A DNA stretch of 60,732 nucleotides, filler included, from a candidate division WOR-3 bacterium (lineage in GTDB: Bacteria; SDB-A), in assembly GCA_016934535.1 (NCBI GenBank). It is 5 parts of 5 records of this genome, joined end to end, with 100 filler letters (N's around TTAATTAATTAA, not from the genome) between each part and the next. Parts side by side here need not be neighbours in the genome. Positions count along the whole stretch, not along the records: positions 50,181 to 60,732 come from JAFGSQ010000060.1; 4 more parts are not named here. One strand, 5' to 3'. How positions within the stretch are numbered: the first letter of the stretch is position 1; every line of letters starts with the position of its first letter. The position numbers and the translations under genes are program-made. This document shows positions 56,060 through 60,732 of the stretch, piece by piece. Under the pieces are notes generated by a model, which saw nothing but the letters and a program-made list of their open reading frames with translations, was not told where the DNA came from and ran no database searches.

Positions 56060-56961
56060 CTCTCACCCTTAAAGATGTCTGCAAGAGTTATAAATCCGTG
56101 AAAGCCGTTGACGGTATTTCGTTTATGGTGAAACCCGGTGAACTCATGGGCCTTTTAGGTCCAAACGGCGCAGGAAAATCTACTACTATAAGGATGATAA
56201 TGAACATAATCGCCCCTGACTCCGGGGAAATTCTTTTTGACGAAAAAAAAATCTCGAACAATGATTTTGACAGAATAGGCTATCTTCCAGAGGAGAGGGG
56301 AATCTATAAAAAATTCAAGGTCTCTGCTGTTTTGAAGTATTTTGCTTCCCTCAAAGGCAAAGAAGGCAAGGATACAGAAAAGAGAATAGACCAATGGCTC
56401 GAAAGGTTTGATCTCGCCGATTGGAAAGAAAAAAAGGTAGAAGAACTGTCCAAGGGCATGAGCCAAAAAGTCCAGTTTATAGCCGCTGTCCTCCACGACC
56501 CTGAGATACTCTTTTTGGACGAACCTTTTGCCGGACTTGACCCTGTCAGCTCCGAGGTAATTAAAGACACTGTTCGGGATTTATCCAAGGAGGGAAAAAC
56601 GATAATATTTTCGACCCACATCATGGAACAGGCTGAGAAAATATGCGATTCAATCTTTCTCATAGACAAAGGCGTTGAAGTTGTCAAAGGTCCTCTGGAT
56701 AAGGTTAAGGAAAATTTGGGAAAGAATTCAGTGACGATGGAATTTGAAGGGGATATAAGTTTTTTGGAAAGCACGGGAATCGTCGCTGACATCATTTCCT
56801 ATCCGAGATGGGTTGAGATTGAGATTGCGCAGGGAAAGACGCCCGACGATCTTCTCAAAGCGGTCGCCGGGAGAATATCGGTTAAAAGGTTTGAAATCTC
56901 AAGGCCGTCCCTCCAGAAAATTTTCATTGACCTCGTCGGCGGAAAAAAGGCGGGAAAATGA
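56056..56961 (+). CDS. ABC transporter ATP-binding protein (ABC-2 type)
   Basis: GPNGAGKST, LSKGMSQK, LDEPF, STH. Confidence 0.9.
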   Translation: MTLTLKDVCKSYKSVKAVDGISFMVKPGELMGLLGPNGAGKSTTIRMIMNIIAPDSGEILFDEKKISNNDFDRIGYLPEERGIYKKFKVSAVLKYFASLKGKEGKDTEKRIDQWLERFDLADWKEKKVEELSKGMSQKVQFIAAVLHDPEILFLDEPFAGLDPVSSEVIKDTVRDLSKEGKTIIFSTHIMEQAEKICDSIFLIDKGVEVVKGPLDKVKENLGKNSVTMEFEGDISFLESTGIVADIISYPRWVEIEIAQGKTPDDLLKAVAGRISVKRFEISRPSLQKIFIDLVGGKKAGK

Positions 56962-58178
56962 GAAAATTTTTCTGCGTTCTCAAGCAGGAATTCAAGACAG
57001 TCGCCATGAACAAGAGCTTTATCGTCTTCACTCTTCTCGGACCCGTCTTCATGATAGGAATCACGGTTTTCCCCATGCTCTTGATGAAGGGAACCCAGGC
57101 GAAGAAAGTGACTGTATATGTCGTCACAGAAGACAAAAACCTCGCCGCGGCGATGGAGATCAGGCTTAAAAATTCAGGAATCGACATCGTCAAAAACAAC
57201 GACAGCAGGGAAGTCCTCGACTCTTTGGTTGGGAAAGGCGTTATATACGGCTACATAATAGTCCCCGAGAGCATACTGACTCAAGACACGTTCGAATTTG
57301 TGACAAAGGACATGGCTGACTATACAGTTGTCGCTTCCATAGAAGGAGTTCTTGGAAATTACATCATAACCCAGAGGATGATAGGAGAGGGAATCGACCC
57401 TTCAAAAATTGACGCTCTGACTTCGCCGCCGGTCATAAGCGCCGTAAAGCTGACCAAAGAGGGTGAGAAGGTGAAACAAGACTTTATGGCATCCTTTTTC
57501 ACGGCGATTACTTTCACAATGCTTCTTTACATGACAATATTGATATACGGGCAGTCCATAGGAAGGTCTGTCATTAACGAGAAAAAAACAAAAACCGTCG
57601 AAATAATTCTCTCCTCGGTCAAACCTTTCACTCTGATGTTAGGGAAAATATCAGGCCAGGCCGCGGCAAGCCTTCTTCAATACGGATTCTGGCTTTCATT
57701 GAGTTTTTTCTCTCTTAAAATTATAGGGAGCAGATTTCAGAACCTCAACGTGCCTGTTCTGCCGCACGGCATTTACGGCTATCTCATATCCTTTTACATC
57801 CTCGGTTTCCTGATGTATTCGGCTGTCTACGCCGCTCTCGGAGCGGCTTCTGAGGACGAGAACAACCTTCAACAGCTCGCGATGCCGGTCATATTTCTGC
57901 TCATACTTCCGATGATAAGCGTGTCGGCGATAATAATGAATCCGAATTCCGCCTTTGCCGTCTTTTTCTCGCTATTCCCCTTCACGGCGCCAATGGTCAT
58001 GTTTCTCAGGGCGACGATATCCTCCCCTCCTCTCTACCAGATCATAATAGCTTACGGTCTGATTGTTCTGACAATTTTCCTCCTGTTTTTCATTGCCGCT
58101 AAAATATTCAGAATCGGAATCCTGATGACCGGTAAAAAATTCAGCTTCAAAGACATAATGGTTTGGTTGAGATCGTGA
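56958..58178 (+). CDS. ABC-2 type permease (NatB/YhaP-like)
   Basis: N-terminal TM, large extracytoplasmic loop, EKKTKTVEIILSS, C-terminal TM bundle. Confidence 0.85.
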   Translation: MRKFFCVLKQEFKTVAMNKSFIVFTLLGPVFMIGITVFPMLLMKGTQAKKVTVYVVTEDKNLAAAMEIRLKNSGIDIVKNNDSREVLDSLVGKGVIYGYIIVPESILTQDTFEFVTKDMADYTVVASIEGVLGNYIITQRMIGEGIDPSKIDALTSPPVISAVKLTKEGEKVKQDFMASFFTAITFTMLLYMTILIYGQSIGRSVINEKKTKTVEIILSSVKPFTLMLGKISGQAAASLLQYGFWLSLSFFSLKIIGSRFQNLNVPVLPHGIYGYLISFYILGFLMYSAVYAALGAASEDENNLQQLAMPVIFLLILPMISVSAIIMNPNSAFAVFFSLFPFTAPMVMFLRATISSPPLYQIIIAYGLIVLTIFLLFFIAAKIFRIGILMTGKKFSFKDIMVWLRS

Positions 58179-58367
58179 AAATGAAAATAAACTATTCTTT
58201 ATAAAATTTAACCAGTAAATTTTGTGATTAGTTCAGATCTCTTATTTGAAATAGCAAATAAGATTAATCATTACTGATTCCATGCTTCGTGCAGGAGACA
58301 ATTTATTTTCTCTGGTCTCATGGTGTACATTTTCTTTATCATAAAATACACAAAAATTTGCATGGTA

Positions 58368-60287
58368 TCAAAACAACTCTTCGAGGACGAGTTCTATGTC
58401 GAGAATCTCATCCCCTCTTTTCAGTTTCAGCTGGATTTTTGTCCCCTCGTCGGATCTGAATATTTCACGTATTTCAGTCAATGTCTCAAAATCATTTATG
58501 TCTTTACCGTCAATGGATAGAATTAAATCGCCTTTTTCAAGACCTGCTCTGTCGGAGGGGGTTCCTGGCGAGATAAAAAACACCTCGACTCCTTCTTCGG
58601 TGTCCCATAACCCCATACCGCTTTTGTCTCTCGGGAAATCCCTGCTGAAATCATCGCCCTTTTCAAGTATGATTTGCTGTTTTTGGTAGTCGAGATACAG
58701 GATAAAATGCTTTAACACGCTGTTGCCGAGGTTTCCGGCGTAACGCTTGTCGGCGAAAGCGCCGATGCCCTCCTCTTCCGGTATGGATATGACGAGGTCC
58801 TCTACGACGAAATCCTCTATCCTGACAAAATCAAAAAGCGCTCTTCTGTCGGATATTTCTCCGTCTGCTCCGAAAGAGATGGACTCTATCCCTTTTATAT
58901 CAAGGAGGTCGTTTTCTTCGGCGAAGTGATGATGAAACGACAATCCTGTCGCGCCTATGTCGAGCCGCCACATACCCTGGTATTTGTCTTCCACGCTCAT
59001 CGGCACTGTGAACATGTTGCTTTCAAGAGGCGAATCTATTATTGTCCCATCTCCTTTGTATTCAAAACTTTCGGGGAGATAAAAAGAAATCCTTTCGTTG
59101 GCGTAGTCTATTTTGGTGACGAACCTTGACAGAAAATCATACCCAAGAATACCGTTGACCTTCATTCTTGAGAGTTTTTTCATAAAATCCTGAATCTCGA
59201 TCGCGACGACCCTCTGTTCTTTGAACTCCAGGCCTTCTAAACTGAAGGGTGGCAGAGTGGCAAAGGTGACATCCACCGTGCCACCGACACCCTGTCCTGT
59301 GAGTGTGCCCTCAAGTTCAAGGCCGAGTTCTTGTGCGTATTCAAGGCTTATGACTGATGCCGAAGCCCCGCAGTCTAAAATCCAAAGACCTTTTTCCCCT
59401 TCAATATCCACTTCGATATAGATGTGGTCTTCAACAAAATCAAATGGTATGTCTTCAGAGAATTTGCCGTTTGCGAAAACGAAATCCGGTGTGCCTTCTT
59501 CTGGCATGATGAAAATTTCATCTTCAATAAAAGGATTTATGTCGTATCTGGTTATTTCTATTATCTGTTTCTGTTTCAGCGGCATAATTTCAATTTCCTG
59601 TCGGAAAGAACAGAAAATTCCGTCTATTTCCCTGTAATCGGAAAATATGGTGTGAGTCTCGTAGGGATGCTTAAAATCGATTTTTTTTACGAGATAATAA
59701 CTTGAAGTGTCGAAATAGCGCCATTCCCTGTCTTCGTTTATGCTGTTTTTCAATTCTACAACGTAACAATACGCGCCGTTTGCGGTGTCCGCCCCGAGGA
59801 ATGTAAGTGTGAAAAAATCGGAGTTTTTATTCATGTGTTCGTAATCTGCTAAAAGTTCGGTGATTTTTCTCTCCTGGACGGTGTTTGGGTCCCTTTGAAT
59901 TTGAAGTTTTCCGTTCATGTCGACCTGCCAGCTGAATTGTCCGTCATCCCCGGAGGTCTGCGAGATAATGGTGAGGTCAACTTCTTCTTTTCTTTTAAGC
60001 GGATATTCGTTCCACTGCTTGAAAGTCCCTTCGAGCCCTGTTCCGACTACCGTTATATTTCCTTCTATGTAGTTTGATTTTTCCCTTCGGATATTTTCGA
60101 GTCCGCCCAAGGCTTCGTAGTGTTTTTCGAATATTTCATAAGGGTCCAGAAGTTCTCCCGACCAGGTCGGGCCGGTAGAGGCGGTGTCAATCACTTCGTT
60201 TTCAGTGCTTTTTTTAGAACAGCTCTGAAAAGCAAAAAAACAGAAATTAAATGCCAGAACTGCGGTGAAAAGCGTTGTTTTTTTCAT
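58368..60287 (-). CDS. lipoprotein with two retropepsin-like aspartyl protease domains and a C-terminal PDZ domain
   Basis: FQSC lipobox, ILDCGA and RLDIGA, GILGYDFL, GNLGNSVL, PSDRAGLEKGDLILSIDG. Confidence 0.75.
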   Translation of the reverse strand: MKKTTLFTAVLAFNFCFFAFQSCSKKSTENEVIDTASTGPTWSGELLDPYEIFEKHYEALGGLENIRREKSNYIEGNITVVGTGLEGTFKQWNEYPLKRKEEVDLTIISQTSGDDGQFSWQVDMNGKLQIQRDPNTVQERKITELLADYEHMNKNSDFFTLTFLGADTANGAYCYVVELKNSINEDREWRYFDTSSYYLVKKIDFKHPYETHTIFSDYREIDGIFCSFRQEIEIMPLKQKQIIEITRYDINPFIEDEIFIMPEEGTPDFVFANGKFSEDIPFDFVEDHIYIEVDIEGEKGLWILDCGASASVISLEYAQELGLELEGTLTGQGVGGTVDVTFATLPPFSLEGLEFKEQRVVAIEIQDFMKKLSRMKVNGILGYDFLSRFVTKIDYANERISFYLPESFEYKGDGTIIDSPLESNMFTVPMSVEDKYQGMWRLDIGATGLSFHHHFAEENDLLDIKGIESISFGADGEISDRRALFDFVRIEDFVVEDLVISIPEEEGIGAFADKRYAGNLGNSVLKHFILYLDYQKQQIILEKGDDFSRDFPRDKSGMGLWDTEEGVEVFFISPGTPSDRAGLEKGDLILSIDGKDINDFETLTEIREIFRSDEGTKIQLKLKRGDEILDIELVLEELF

Positions 60288-60414
60288 AGAAATCTTCCTT
60301 ATTTCTGTATGTTTGGTTTATTGATTTTTAAAGTATTTATCAAATCAATTTTAGTTCGCATATAAAAAATATAACATGAATAAAGGTTGTTTATAAAGGT
60401 TTATGAAATCAAAA

Positions 60415-60471
60415 ACAGTATGCATAATATAATGATTGATTATGCATAATACAGTATGTATAATATGCATA
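60415..60471 (+). promoter_or_regulatory. vapBC promoter with repeated palindromic operators
   Basis: TTGATT-N17-TATAAT (60436-60464); TATGCATA at 60419, 60441, 60464. Confidence 0.65.
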
Positions 60472-60483
60472 AGAGGAGGAAAA

Positions 60484-60675
60484 ATGAGGACGACTTTAGA
60501 CTTGCCCGAAGATCTTATAAAGGAAGCGATGAGGTTGACAGGGAGCCGAACCAAGACAGAAGTGATAAAATCAGCTCTGAAATTCTTAATACAAAGGGAA
60601 AAGATCAAGGATTTAAAAAGATATTACGGAAAAATTGATCTGGACATAGACCTGAACAGTTTGAGAAAAAGATGA
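60484..60675 (+). CDS. vapB: type II toxin-antitoxin VapB family antitoxin
   Basis: MRTTLDLPEDLIKEAMRLTGSRTKTEVI; RBS GAGGAGG; ATGA overlap with a PIN gene. Confidence 0.85.
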   Translation: MRTTLDLPEDLIKEAMRLTGSRTKTEVIKSALKFLIQREKIKDLKRYYGKIDLDIDLNSLRKR

Positions 60676-60732
60676 CCGGAGTTCTTGTAGATTCTTCTGT
60701 TTGGATTGAATATTTTCGAGGTCATAATGTGA
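60672..60732 (+). CDS. vapC: VapC PIN-domain toxin, N-terminal fragment (truncated by window end)
   Basis: MTGVLVDSSVWIEYFRG, a typical PIN N-terminal motif. Confidence 0.75.
   Translation, partial: MTGVLVDSSVWIEYFRGHNV

Noticed and set aside
60436-60483. Longer 79-aa VapB start in the ORF track
   Set aside because: It lies inside the promoter/operator; GAGGAGG supports ATG 60484.

Overview
Bacterial draft/metagenomic sequence made of five separate contigs joined by artificial 100-nt spacers (N44-TTAATTAATTAA-N44 at 13880-13979, 25722-25821, 42611-42710, 50081-50180), so adjacency across spacers has no biological meaning. Gene content suggests an anaerobic diderm bacterium. T9SS-type-A-like C-terminal tails and DUF2723 proteins point to the FCB group or a related candidate phylum such as WOR-3 (inference). 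Contig 1: partial tRNA-Leu, rimO, two beta-propeller lipoproteins, a gamma carbonic anhydrase, a 2-oxoacid:ferredoxin oxidoreductase operon interrupted by a 987-aa GlnE-like double nucleotidyltransferase, and glycosylation genes. Contig 2: selC-selA-selB, an NfnAB-type operon carrying an unexplained Cys/His-rich module in three copies, a CPBP protease, folK, and a DUF2089/DUF4097/SHOCT-like operon with two unannotated small ORFs. Contig 3: FIST protein plus hybrid kinase, secreted beta-helix protein plus ECF sigma, tldDE, zur-znuACB, mgsA, TPR hybrid kinase, sirtuin, VanW-like protein and a hairpin array. Contig 4: M6-like protease, glmM, glmS. Contig 5: two DUF2723 proteins, PIN-PhoH, HD protein, ABC exporter, aspartyl protease-PDZ and vapBC. 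Best leads: (1) the GlnE-like enzyme inside the oxidoreductase operon; (2) the Cys-rich module fused to and upstream of Nfn; (3) a 31-bp-period array of CACGAAG repeats separated by different palindromes, with a related element at another contig end; (4) a possible short-acceptor (7/5) tRNA-Sec. All family calls come from motif recognition by eye; no database search was run.
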